Counted from the first letter of the stretch, positions 1 to 13,360 are shown. The stretch: 64,000 nucleotides of DNA from Octopus vulgaris (GCA_951406725.2 OX597825.1:65596001-65660000), one strand, 5' to 3'. The notes: generated by a model from the sequence alone, not told the origin. A program made the numbers and translations.

Positions 1-143
1 TAGTGACATCTTGTCTGTCTTTAGGTTCTAAGTTCAAATGCCACTGGGGTCAACTTTGCTTTGCATCCTTTTGGGGGTCGATAAAATAAAGACCAGTTAA
101 CTCCTGCCCCATAACTGCTGGCCCTGTGCCAAAATTTGAAATC
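1..143 (+). mobile_element. SINE family B, partial (tRNA-derived; central motif GGTCRACTTTGCYTTTCATCCTTTCGGGGTCGATAAA)
   Basis: B-box-like AGTTCAAATGCC followed by GGTCAACTTTGCTTTGCATCCTTTTGGGGGTCGATAAAAT; the same motif recurs many times in the window. Confidence 0.75.
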
Positions 144-182
144 ATTACAAAGTTTCACAACACATATACATATATGTGTGTA

Positions 183-237
<55 letters not shown>

Positions 238-584
238 CTGTATATGTGTTTGTGATGGTGGTTGTGGCAGTGCTGAAATTGAAGAAATGGTAGTGGTTGT
301 GGTGATAGCAGTCATGATAGTGGTGATAGCAGTCATGATAGTGGTGATAATAATAGTGGCGGTGATGTGGTGGTGGTAATGGTAGCAGTGTTAGTAGTAG
401 TAGACGTCATAGTGGTGGTAGCAGCAGCAGCAGCAACAGAAGTAGGAGGAGGGAGAAGAAGAGGAGGAGGAAGAGAAAGAGTAGGAAGAAGAGAGGAGGA
501 AGAAGAGAAAAAGGAGGAGGAGAGAAAGAGGAGGAGGATGAATGTGATCAAGCCAGTATAGTGGACCCCATGCTCAGTCTAGAT

Positions 585-911
585 CAGTTGTTCTCAAGCA
601 GAGTCTATATGGCTCCTAAGGGTCCATATAAGATTTGGTGGGGTCCACGCAACAAATTAGTAAATTGTCTACAATAATATTTTAAGGGCCCCTGAAAAAA
701 TTTTGCTTTAGATGTATGTATTGGTATGTATTGCAAGAAACAGCTAGGTTTCTTTCTCTAACATTTTACATAGTTCTACCAACACAAGTAAGAAGTTTGA
801 AAGATGTTTCTATAAAATTAATCTTTAAACGTCAAATGGCTAAGAGGGTCCACCTGAATAAAATAGTAATCAAAGGGGTCCATAGATAAAAAAAATCGTT
901 GAGAACCCCTG
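585..911. mobile_element. hAT-type MITE
   Basis: Termini CAGTTGTTCTCAAG ... GTTGAGAACCCCTG are imperfect TIRs. The 8-bp flanks GTCTAGAT/GTTTAAAT (6/8) resemble the NTCTAGAN hAT target. A reverse-oriented homolog lies at ~49685-50310. Confidence 0.8.
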
Positions 912-936
912 GTTTAAATACAGTTCTATACTTGTC

Positions 937-1164
937 TCTTTACTCTTTACTCTTTTACTTGTTTCAGTCATGTTACTGTGGCCATGCTTGAGCACCGCCT
1001 TTAGTTGAGCAAATCAACCCCAGGACTTATTGTTTGTAAGCCTAGTACTTATTCTATCGGTCTCTTTTGCTGAACAACTAAGTTATGGGGATGTAAAGAC
1101 ACCAGCATCGATTGTCAAGTGATGTTGGGGGGACAAACACAGACACACAAACATATACACACAC

Positions 1165-1218
<54 letters not shown>

Positions 1219-1515
1219 CGGGCTTCTTTCAGTTTCCATCTACCAAATCCACTCACAAGGCTTTAGTAGGCCCGAGGCTATAGTAGACGACACTTGGCCA
1301 AAGTGCCATGCGGTGGGAATGAACCCAGAACCATGTGGTTGGTAAGCAAGCTACTAACCACACAGCCACTCTTGCATATTATCAAATTCACTCACAAGGC
1401 TTTGGTGGGCTAGAGACTATAGTAAAAGGCATTTGCCCAAGGTGCCACACAGTGGAACTGAACCCGGAACCATGTGGTTGGTAAGCAAGCTACTTACCAC
1501 ACAGCCACTCCTGCG
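937..1515 (-). mobile_element. SINE family A (tRNA-derived, CORE-like), near full length, plus a second head segment (1380-1515)
   Basis: Reverse complement of the 48601-49005 copy: head, central (TA)n/(TG)n and the CAGCATGGCC tail with (AAAGAGT)n. Confidence 0.9.
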
Positions 1516-2011
1516 TATTATCATTATCGTTCTGTTAAGATTGACAAAATAATGTACGAATCATCTTCTGAGGAAGGTGGCCAATATACTCAAAATTTAA
1601 TCTCTCTCTCTTCCCTAAATTGTTGATCACTGGCCAATTTTAGATATAAATATATCTTCTTTATCATCATCACCTTTGTTGCTTTAGACATTGTCATCAT
1701 CACTGTTATTGATGTTGCTGTTGTTATTTGGCCCCGGGTTAGACCTGACTGAGAAAACCTATGATCAAAGGCACTCCCACTATGACCCTGCTGTTTTTAT
1801 TTAGACATTCTGCACCAGTATGCTTACACTATGTTATGGAATATATCTTTGGTAGGGGGATGGGGGGGTAGTTGAGGGGGTTGTAGCAGAGGGGGGTGGG
1901 GCTGGAGTTGGGGTGCAGAATCTGTTACAATCACAGGATGCGATTCAAGGTAGATTTGGCTAATATTTCTTGGAGGTGAATGTTGTTGCTTCTTCTGTTC
2001 TCGTTCTATAG

Positions 2012-2069
2012 TCATCACATCTACGAAACATCAATGCCAAGACTAACAGCGGAGCATCAAGTTCAATAA
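2012..2069 (+). CDS. Candidate terminal coding exon of an unidentified host gene (HHIYETSMPRLTAEHQVQ*)
   Basis: Pyrimidine-rich acceptor CTTCTTCTGTTCTCGTTCTATAG ending at 2011, non-repetitive sequence, open frame 2013-2069. No homology established. Confidence 0.3.
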
Positions 2070-2349
2070 TATATACAGTCTTGCATTTATTGCCATTTCT
2101 TCCTCCTCTTTCCACCCTATCCCACCTCCACCTCCATCGCCCACCCCCTTCCTCCACTCTTATCTATCAACATCATCATCAACATCATCATCATTATCAC
2201 AATCTACAGCAGCGGCAGCAGCATCATCTTTGCCATTATCATCATCATTATCATCATCATCATTATTATCATCGTCATTATCATCATCACCATCACCATC
2301 ACAATCGTTTGACATTAATCTTTCTTTATTTCCCCATCACCATCACCAC

Positions 2350-2381
<32 letters not shown>

Positions 2382-2656
2382 TTTTTTTAATGCTAACTCT
2401 TTAAAATATTCTTTAATGTCGTTATTATCATTATCGTTATTATAATCATCATTGTTATCATCAATATCAATCATTGTTATTATCATTATAATTATAGGAA
2501 ATTATTTATTGATCAAATGTTTGATTATTATTATTATTATTATTGTTCTTGTTTCTGTTGTTCCTATCATTATTATTATTATTATTATTATTATTGTCAT
2601 TAATTTTATTATTAGTATTAGTATTAGTGTTATTCGTGTTATTATTATTAGTATTT

Positions 2657-4170
<1,514 letters not shown>

Positions 4171-4497
4171 AATTTAGACACTAATATGATAAGCAGGTTC
4201 TTCATTTGATGAAATAACTGACCACTTAACACCAAAACCAATAGAGATACATTTTCATCTAACCTTGTCATGACATTACATACTTTTCTCGGATTACCCT
4301 TTTCCTTCTCTCCGGACATGTTGACAAAGAGCCATGCTCAAAATGTCACACCCCATCTTCTTTCCATCATAAACTTCCTCTGAGCATCACTCTAATACAT
4401 TCACCATGTATATCTTTTTGATCTTTTTGTTTTCCCTTTTTTGTTTTGATTTTTGATTTGCCAATATACATATTTATATTGGCATATTATATATATA

Positions 4498-4800
4498 CTA
4501 GCTTGCCCCATGCCATCAAAAATGACAGCTAATTGTAGTATTTTATATGTAAATAAGGTACAAAATCAAGGTTTTAGTTTAATAATTGTTTTATTACCAA
4601 ATTTTGGTGAAAAATCTCTCCACAACGAACGTCCCTTGACTGCTTGTTTCCTTCAAAAGAATATTTAAGTTTTCCTTCCTTCTTGTATGACTTAAGGCCA
4701 CATAAAGCTGGCTGTGACTAAATATGGGATAGAATATGGATGGTGAATCAAATTAATACAACCTTCAATGTTATCTAGTTGTCTTTTGAGATGTGACATC
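4498..4800 (-). mobile_element. Helitron 3' end with Pif1-like helicase motif VI remnant
   Basis: Minus strand ~4722-4687 reads FSHSQLYVALSH (Helitron consensus FSHGQLYVALSR). The element ends in CTAG (4501-4498) followed by T, with a decayed subterminal hairpin GCCATCA-AAAA-TGACAGC. Confidence 0.8.
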
Positions 4801-4981
4801 ACTCATCGTTTGTTACAGAAAGAATGCTGATTCACACATACAAACATCTATATACTTCCCTTGTACCTGCACACACATACTCACAAATACTCACACAGAT
4901 TTGAGATGCTATTTGACTTTTCTTCTTTCACCATAGAATTTCCATCATTTCCATTTCCATAATCTATACATATATATATAT

Positions 4982-5180
4982 AATCATCATCATTTAACGT
5001 CCATTTCATGCTGGCATGGGTTACATGGTTTGACTGGAGCTGGTAAGCGAGAGAGCTGCACCAGGCTTCAGTTGCCTGCTTTGGTTTGGTTTCTGCAGCT
5101 GGATGCCCTTCCTAACACCAACCACTTTACTGTGTACTGGATGGCTTTTACATGTCACTAGTACCTGCCACAGTCACAAC
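4982..5180 (-). mobile_element. RTE-type LINE 3' end (family C), 5'-truncated
   Basis: (CAT)n-TTTAACGTCC...CAGCTGGATGCCCTTCCTAAC; the same sequence is the 3' UTR of the RTE copy at 51559-52223. Confidence 0.8.
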
Positions 5181-5219
5181 TTCACTTACCTTGCTATGTC
5201 ATATAAGTATATCTATATC

Positions 5220-5271
<52 letters not shown>

Positions 5272-5276
<5 letters not shown>

Positions 5277-5680
5277 CTTAAATGCCCACAGGGAGCTAAA
5301 CACAGAGGGGACAAACAAGGACAGACAAAGGGGTTAAGTCGATTACATTGTCTCCAGTGTGTAACTGGTACTTATTTAATCGATCCCGAAAAGGATGAAA
5401 GGCAAAGTTGACCTCAGCGGAATTTGAACTCATAACATAACGGCAAACAAAATACCTATTTGTTTACTACCCACAAGGGGCTAAACACAGAGAGGACAAG
5501 CAAGGACAGACAAACGGATTAAGTCGATTATATCGACCCCCACTGCATAATTGGTACTTATTTAATCGACCCCGAAAGGATGAAAGGCAAAGTCAACCTC
5601 AGCGGAATTTGAACTCAGAACAGAGCAGCAGACGAAATACTGCTAAGTATTTCACCCATTGTACTAACGATTCTGCCAGT
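5272..5680 (-). mobile_element. SINE family B with a tandemly duplicated ~185-bp body
   Basis: Two units (5272-5456, 5457-5640) containing GACCCCGAAAGGATGAAAGGCAAAGTCAACCTCAGCGGAATTTGAACTC, then a single head (5640-5680). Confidence 0.85.
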
Positions 5681-6349
5681 GTGTGTGTGTGTGCATATAT
5701 ATATATATGCACACACACACAGGTGCATCACAGATTTTTCCAATACCTTTGGTTCCAAAACCCTAACAAGTTTCTTTCAATTTCTACCTACAAAATCTAC
5801 TCACAAAACTTTGGTCAGTGTGGGGCTATGGTAGAAAGCACTTGGTCAACGTACCACACAATGGGCAATGGAACTGAACCCAAAACCATGTACTTGAGAA
5901 GCAAACATGCCTGTTGCCTGCAGCATAGTATTATCATAATCCAGACAGAATGTACCTCACTAAAGATTTACCTCTTTATTACAAACTATGTAGAATGTAC
6001 CTCACGGCTGCTTTATATCATTGTCCATCATGAGTGCCTGTACTGCACCATAGATATGGCTCGCTGTTACTATATATAACACATTTCCTATCTTTGTGCT
6101 TCTTGCCTCTATTTGAAATTTCCATGGTATTGACGTCATCTTCCATGCTTCTATCTTCCACATTCCATCAATCTGTCTCTTTTCTGATTTTTCTGATTGT
6201 CTCCAGGTGCTTTGAAATTTCATAGTCTGTATATTTTTAACTTTATAGTAAAAAAAAAAGAAGAAGAAATTAAAAAAAAAACCTCATCTCAGACATTTAG
6301 AAATGTAAAATGCCAAAAATCTCATAGTTAATAGGTCATCATTACTGCT

Positions 6350-6360
6350 TCATATTATCA

Positions 6361-6407
<47 letters not shown>

Positions 6408-6452
6408 CACCCTGGCAGCAAATAAAAGAAATCATCATCGTTATTATTTTTA

Positions 6453-6517
<65 letters not shown>

Positions 6518-6586
6518 CACCCTGGTGGCAAATAAAAGAAATCATTATTATTATTATTATCATTATTATTATTATTATTATTATTA

Positions 6587-6621
<35 letters not shown>

Positions 6622-6748
6622 TACTATTATTTTTGTTATTTGCTATTATTTTTATTATTATTATTTTTATTTTTTATTATTATTACTACTATTATTATGT
6701 TATTATTATTATTTTTATGATTATTATTGTCATTATTATTTTCATTAC

Positions 6749-6788
<40 letters not shown>

Positions 6789-6860
6789 ATTTATATTACT
6801 ACTGCTAGTACTACTACTACTACCACTACTACTTCTACTACTACTACTACATTAATACTT
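6350..6860. repeat. Compound (ATT)n/(ACT)n microsatellite with two ~35-bp duplicated islands
   Basis: CACCCTGGCAGCAAATAAAAGAAATCAT at ~6408 and CACCCTGGTGGCAAATAAAAGAAATCAT at ~6518 inside ATT runs. Confidence 0.85.
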
Positions 6861-7251
6861 TTATTTTTATCATCAACATCATCATCATCTTCCTATAGAT
6901 TCCTCTTCCATCTTGTAAAATCAACTTTTGCATCATTCATTATTCACCGTAAATATCCTATTTTTCTCTTTTGGTTTTGTTTTTTTTTTTTTTTTTTTTT
7001 TGTTTTTTGTTTTTTTGGTTTGGTTTGATATTTATTTTTATTTTTGCATATTTTGTATCAATTGATGTCAGTGCCATCTTTTGATTTCATCAGCATCATC
7101 TTCATCATCATCCTCATCATCATCACCTCCGTTACCATCATCATCACCGTCCTCCTTGTGATACTCATCATTATCATCACCACTGCCATCACCACCACCA
7201 CCTCCACCACAAGCAGTACCATAGCCACTATCCTCATAATCTGATCACCAT

Positions 7252-7286
<35 letters not shown>

Positions 7287-7387
7287 TCATCACTTTGCAA
7301 GTAGTCTTTTTTTTTATTTAATATCGATTATTTTTTTTTTTGATGGTGCATTAATAATAATTTTATTTTTTTTCCTATCTTTTTCAG

Positions 7388-7411
7388 CGGACTCGAATAA
7401 TGTCAAAAGAG
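7388..7411 (+). CDS. Candidate 24-nt frame-preserving microexon (RTRIMSKE in phase 0, or xDSNNVKR in phase 1)
   Basis: TTTTATTTTTTTTCCTATCTTTTTCAG|CGGACTCGAATAATGTCAAAAGAG|GTATGT: long polypyrimidine acceptor, strong donor, length divisible by 3. Confidence 0.55.
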
Positions 7412-8322
7412 GTATGTACAAAGATTTTAAGTCCTATAATTCTATATTTAACAAGCACCACTTCAAAAGATGCACATAAACCAATAATTATAATAATGTA
7501 AAAAAAAAATTTTTTTAATAATAAAAAAAAAAAACTAAATCGTACTGAAAGCCCCACCCTCACTCAAAACTAACCTTGTACCACGCATAGACACTCTGCC
7601 AGCCCTAAATCAAATATTGGGTATTTTCCATCATTAGAAAGCCATGCCTCACTTCATTGAAACTCTATTTGGATGACATATTGAAAATTTTACTTATACA
7701 ACTAAATGTTGTAATTATATTTATGTATCCAGTAATTTAAAATGAATTTTGATTATATCTGAAGGATTCACAAAGAAACAATTCAGCAAATGGACATTTA
7801 TTTAAGATTTAAGGTTATAATTTTTCCATACTATTAACCTCATCTTTATTACACAATCTATTATTTATAATATTTATATCATTTCCTCCACATTTCAATC
7901 AATTTCATCTCCAATCCTCTTCACCATCATCAAGTGTTTAATTTTTACGAAATGTTAATATTCCCAGACTGGATTTAAGCTTTGTATTTATCTATTCTGT
8001 TTATATCTACACCTCACTCCTGTCAGTTTTGAGCTCTAGTTTATATATATCTACTCTATATTTTTAATCAGTTTGCTTCTCCATCTTCATCCTCATCATG
8101 TTATTATCACTATCAGGTGTTTTATTCTTCAAATATGTGGTGGGTGTCCCCAGGCTGGCTTGATACTAGGATTATATATTTCAGCGTAAGCATAGCAACA
8201 GCCTCTATGCACCAGTCCCATTAGTGCATGTAGCCAAATGCTATACAGATGAACTAAGGCACCAAGTTAGCAAAATTGTTAGCACACAAGACAAAATGCT
8301 TAACAGCATTTCTTCCAATTTT

Positions 8323-8628
8323 ATACTGCAATAGCCTGGGCTTCAGAGGTCCACAGATCTTCAATATCCTCCTGAAGGACCTGAAAGACCTGCATGGGGT
8401 GGATGTAAGTGTCTTCAAAATAAAACTGGACTTCTTCCTGTCAGATGCCCCAGATGAACCAACTTCGTGGCAGGAGGTGCAGATGAGGGCAGCTGCAACA
8501 AACTCTCTCATGCATCAAATGTCAATTGCTAAAAAGCATTCGTGAAGTAAAATCATGTAGCAACACCAAATGGTGGTGCCCCAGCATGGCCACAGCTCGT
8601 GAGCTGAAACTAGATGAAATAAAAAAAA
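8323..8628 (+). mobile_element. CR1-type LINE 3' fragment (ORF2 C-terminus + 3' UTR) inserted into a SINE B copy
   Basis: YCNSLGFRGPQIFNILLKDLKDLHGVDVSVFKIKLDFFLSDAPDEP...RAAATNSLMHQ is a CR1-like ORF2 end. It has an A-rich tail, AATTTTAT on both sides (8317-8324, 8635-8642), a SINE B head upstream and the B box downstream. Confidence 0.85.
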
Positions 8629-8662
8629 TTTTTTAATTTTATGTTCCAAGTTCAAATTGTCT

Positions 8663-9000
8663 TTGCTTGGGTTTGTTTTCTTTTCGACCCTTTAGAATTG
8701 GAATTTTTGAAAAGTAAAAATTTTGCATTATGTAGCTTGTTATTCTCTTTAAGTGAGCATTTTCCTGGTTGAAATACACCGTAAAATGGCGACACAGCAG
8801 TAAAGAAATCGTAAAAAAATAGGGATTTTCATAGAGAAAAAAGCACCCTTTTGATGTAAATAATTTTTGGTGTTAAGCCTTCTTCTATCATATTCTCAAT
8901 TTTGGTCAACTTGTGCCGCAGGGTCTTGGAGGAGATAGTGTTAGTTGAAGGCTACCAAACCTGCCATATGCAGACAACTTCAGCTTTATATATTGAGAGA
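8663..9000 (-). mobile_element. Non-autonomous Helitron, truncated copy
   Basis: Colinear with 31121-31510; has an internal deletion and lacks the CTAG end. Confidence 0.85.
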
Positions 9001-9749
9001 TTAGGAAATGTATTACAAATTGTTAAAATATTTTGTAAGAGTATAACAGATTAATTGTATATAAACTTTAGCAACAAAATTTTATGTGGACCCTTAAGCA
9101 CCCTTAAGAACCACTGGATTATACAGATGAGGCTAATAGTTTTTAAAATGATAACCTTATTAATGACATCCCATCTCACATCCTCATATATATATTTGTT
9201 GGATATAATCAACAATGGATATTGTATTAATTAAATATCTGAAGCAAACTCATTAACCTTTATTTAGCACACTGCATTTTGTCTAGAATTGTTTCCCCAA
9301 ACAACTGCCCTTTTACTAAAGGGGAGAATACTCATATGGTGACACAATGCGCTTATAGTGTGCTAAAGGTTAATAATTGTTCTGTAATTGTTACTTATAA
9401 TCAATCATTTTATCTAAATATTCAAGGATTTTATTCAAATGTTGCTTTTTTGTTTGTTTGTTTTTGGGTCTTTTTTTTTTTGCTTCGATCTTTGCTCTTC
9501 AAAATTAACATAGCACTGAACTATTATTTAGGTTTTAGTTAAAAATAAATGGAAGCCAAAGGCATAGCAAGATGAAGAGAGCAGCAGAGGTAATGGGTTG
9601 TCATCCTTGGGTGCAGTTGTCACCATATGCAATCACCCACTGGGTACAGGTATAAAAAGGGGCAAAAAATATCTACTGCTCTGTCATGCTTTGCCCCATC
9701 ACCACCCACACTAAATGCTGAGAAGTAATTAACTCTTCCTTCATTAACA

Positions 9750-9967
9750 TAACTCATTAGCATTCAGCGTCCTCTGTCAAATGTAATACTTATTGTTTCA
9801 AATGAATAATGCATTATTATGTAGCTTCAAGATTTCAATGATGTAATGGTTCATTTTTAGAATGTTACTGTAGGGTAGGATTGAGAGTCCATACCTGGCC
9901 AGTTTGATCATAATAACAGGAGGAATACGTGGAGCAGATATGACAGGTTTAACTGCTAAAGGGATAA
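9750..9967. mobile_element. piggyBac-like MITE (family 1), degenerate
   Basis: Ends TAACTCATTAGCATT ... TGCTAAAGGGATAA; reverse-oriented homolog at 56685-56852 starting TTAACCCTTTAGC. Confidence 0.55.
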
Positions 9968-10214
9968 GGAGCAGAGCCCTGTTATCTTTACAGTGTCCTC
10001 AAAATTTGACAAAATTGTTTTGCTCATCATTTTAGTTTAAACAACTGTTTTCAAAATAGGTAGGTAACTTGTATCACAGTGTTAGTGGCTGACGATTTCC
10101 ACAGGTACTTGTTCTTTTTACTTAATCCTCAGGAATATTATTACATAATATTGTATATATATTGTTTGTGTGTGTGTGTGTGTGTGAAGTATAGCTTCAC
10201 ACATCCCACAAACT

Positions 10215-10438
10215 TGCCAGTACCGCCTGACTGGCCCTCGTGCCAGTGGCATGTAAAAGCACCCACTACACTCTCGGAGTGGTTGGCGTTAGGAAGGGCA
10301 TAAGAGCATCCAGCTGTAGAAACTCTGCCAGATCAGATTAGAGCTTGGTGCAGCCATCTGGTTCACCAGACCTCAGTCAAATCATCCAACCCATGCCAGC
10401 ATGGAAAGCGGACGTTAAATGATGATGATGATGATGAT
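10215..10438 (+). mobile_element. RTE-type LINE 3' end (family C)
   Basis: GGTTGGCGTTAGGAAGGGCA...GCATGGAAAGCGGACGTTAAA(TGA)n. Further copies at ~18070-18250, 24665-24920, 28840-28990, 43610-43725, 45715-46030, 56068-56270. Confidence 0.85.
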
Positions 10439-10559
10439 ATATATATATATATATAATTTCAACAATTGAGGGTAAAATTAATTAATTATTAATCAATTTC
10501 ACCAAGTGTTCAGTATGCAAAGGGACCATTTAAGGCTAATTTATTTTACTAAGCCCTTT

Positions 10560-10644
<85 letters not shown>

Positions 10645-11127
10645 CACATACATGGTGGTATCCCTGTACAGTGAGGTGAAGTGGGCCATTGTGAGATAAG
10701 TGACATGGCCATACTGTTATACCAGTGGCGATGTTAAAAGGCAAAACTTCAAATTATCAATCCTTGGAACTTTCCACTGACAGACCAGCTTCTACTTGCT
10801 TCAGCCTATTTTCTTTCTCCCCTTCTCTCTTCCTATCTCTCTCTCATTCCCTCTTGTCTCCCTTTCTCCCCCCTCTCTCGCTCTCTCCCTCACACACACA
10901 CACATTGAGAATGCTATTGTTGCATTGAAGAATGGACATGATAAGACTTTGTTAGTGAAGAAATATTCAACAATCCCCAAAATATTCTGTCCTTAAGCCA
11001 ATTTCTGTACAATTTCTCATGAACACTTGGATAATTGATAGAATTCTTCATAGAAGAGTTTGGTGATTTTAATTGTTATGAGGGTTAACGAATGTAATGA
11101 CATGGAGTCTTGTTCTTTGTTTGGGTG

Positions 11128-11470
11128 TGAAGAAGGAGAAGGAGAAGGAGAAGAAGGAGGAGGAGGGGGGAGAAGAAGAAGAAGAAGAAGAGGAGGAAGA
11201 AGAAGAAGAAGAAGAAGAAGAAGGAGCGGAAGAAGAAGAAGAAGAAGAAGAAGAAGAAGAAGAAGAAGAAGAAGGCGGAGAAGAAGAAGAAGGAGCGTGC
11301 AGAGAAGAAGAAGAAGAAGAAGAAGAAGAAGAAGAAGAAGAAGAAGGAGCGGGCAGAGAAGAAGAAGAAGAAGAAGAAGAAGAAGGCGGAGAAGAAGAAG
11401 AAGGCGAGAAGAAGAAGAAGGCGGAGAAGAAGAAGAAGAAGAGGAAGAATAACAACAACAACAACAACAA
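11128..11470. repeat. (GAA)n microsatellite with GGAGCG/GGCG interruptions
   Basis: Directly visible. Confidence 0.95.
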
Positions 11471-11529
11471 GGAAGAAGATGGAAGAGTTTGCTTCATTGC
11501 AAGATGGTGGATGGATAATCAACCTATAA

Positions 11530-12600
11530 TACAATGCTAGAAAGCCAGAACACTAAACAAAGCAAGCAGACTGTATAGGGCAGCCAAACTGAACAAGGTA
11601 AGGAAGGTGAACAAAGGCAAAGGATGGAAACAAGATAAGGGAGGTGGACAATGCAAAGGCGATGAACAAAGCAAAGAAGGTGGACAAGGCAAAGACAGTG
11701 AACAAGATAAGGAAGGTGAATAAAGCATGGGAGCTGAACAAATCAAGGGAGGTGAACAAGACAAAAAGTGAACAACTTAAGGGAGGCTAACAATGCAAGA
11801 AAAGTGAACAAAGCAAGGAAGGTGGTCAATGTAGAAGTGAATAAGCAAGTGAAGTAAACAAGGCAAAAAGGTGAACAAGTGAAGGGAGGTGAACGATACA
11901 AGAAAATTGAACAAAGCAAGGAAGGTGATCAAGACAAGAAAGCTGAATGAGCCAAGGAAGCTGAACAGAGCAGGCAAGCTGAACAACATGAGGAAGGTGA
12001 ACAAGGTAGGGGAGGTGAACAAGACAAAAAGGGAACAACTTAAGGGAGGCTAACAATGTAAGAAAAGTGAACAAAGCAAGGAAGGTGATCAAGGCTAGAA
12101 ATCTGAACAGAGCAGGCAGGCTGAACAACACGAGGAAGGTGAACAAAGCAAGGGAGGTGAACAAGGCAGGGGAGGTGAACAAGACAAAAAGGGAACAACT
12201 TAAGGGAGGCTAACAATGCTAGAAAAGTGAACAAAGCAAGGAAGGTGATCAAGGCTAGAAAGCTGAACAGAGCAGGCAAGCTGAACAACATGAGGAAGGT
12301 GAACAAGGTAGGGGAGGTGAACAAGACAAAAAGGGAACAACTTAAGTGAGGCTAACAATGTAAAAGAAAATTGAACAAAGAGAGGAAGGTGATCAAGGCT
12401 AGAAAGCGGAACAGAGCAGGCAGGCTGAACAACATGAGGAAGGTGAACAAAGCAAGGAATGTTAACAAGACAAGACAGCTGAAAATGCAAGGAAATAGGA
12501 AAAGGGAGGTGAATGGTGAACAAAATGAGAAAGCAAATATGGCAAGGAACTTGAACACCATAAGAAAAACGAATGCAGCAGAAGAGATTGAACAGAGTGG
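11530..12600. repeat. Minisatellite of ~18-bp monomers (GGAAGGTGAACAAAGCAA-like) with higher-order repeats
   Basis: Marker AACAACTTAAG(G/T)GAGGCTAACAATG at 11771, 12034, 12194 and 12336 (spacings 263, 160, 142). Confidence 0.9.
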
Positions 12601-13089
12601 AAAATAAAAATAAAAAGTGCTAAACAATCAAAACTTAATAAACATGACAATCCAAGCATCTTTTAGTTCACATATCACGTATAAATTGTTCAATTAATTA
12701 TTACCTACTTAATCAAATCTAACAAGAAAGAACTGCAGAAACAGAGAAAAAAAAAAAAAGAAAAAAGGAAAACCATTATGATTACTACAACTGACAACAT
12801 CAGCAACAACAACAACAACAACAACAACACCGACAAAGAATCTAAGAGACAGTCAAACCGTAAATCAATAAAGTTAGTCAGGCAAGGTCTGGGGGTGGAT
12901 CACTTTACTAAATGTCAAATACACCACCGAAATCTGATCAAGTGTAATGACATTGAGACTAAGCTGTAATTAAAATTAATTCCTTCATTGTGAAACTATA
13001 GAGGCAGATAAGAACATTTATTTATTAGCATATGCAGCAGAAAATTAGGTATAATAGGTTTAATGTGAAATAATATGGTAGGATGAATA

Positions 13090-13360
13090 TATGAATATAT
13101 AAACACACACATATGTATACATATATATATACATATTTGTATGTATGTATATATATATATATATATATGCACACATACATACACACACATACACACACAT
13201 ATATAAATATATATACATAAATATATATATATGCATATATATATATGTGTGTGTATATATATATATATATATACAAATATGTATATATATATATATATAT
13301 ATACATATATATATACATATATATATATACATATATATATATATACAAGTTATTCTAAGT

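Noticed and set aside
11060-11540. Glu-, Arg- or Ser-rich ORFs of 130-149 aa
   Set aside because: Translations of a (GAA)n microsatellite, open in several frames on both strands.
11537-12659. Repetitive hydrophobic or basic ORFs; array superficially CRISPR-like
   Set aside because: Tandem minisatellite with no unique spacers and no cas genes; unit lengths 142 and 160 break the frame.
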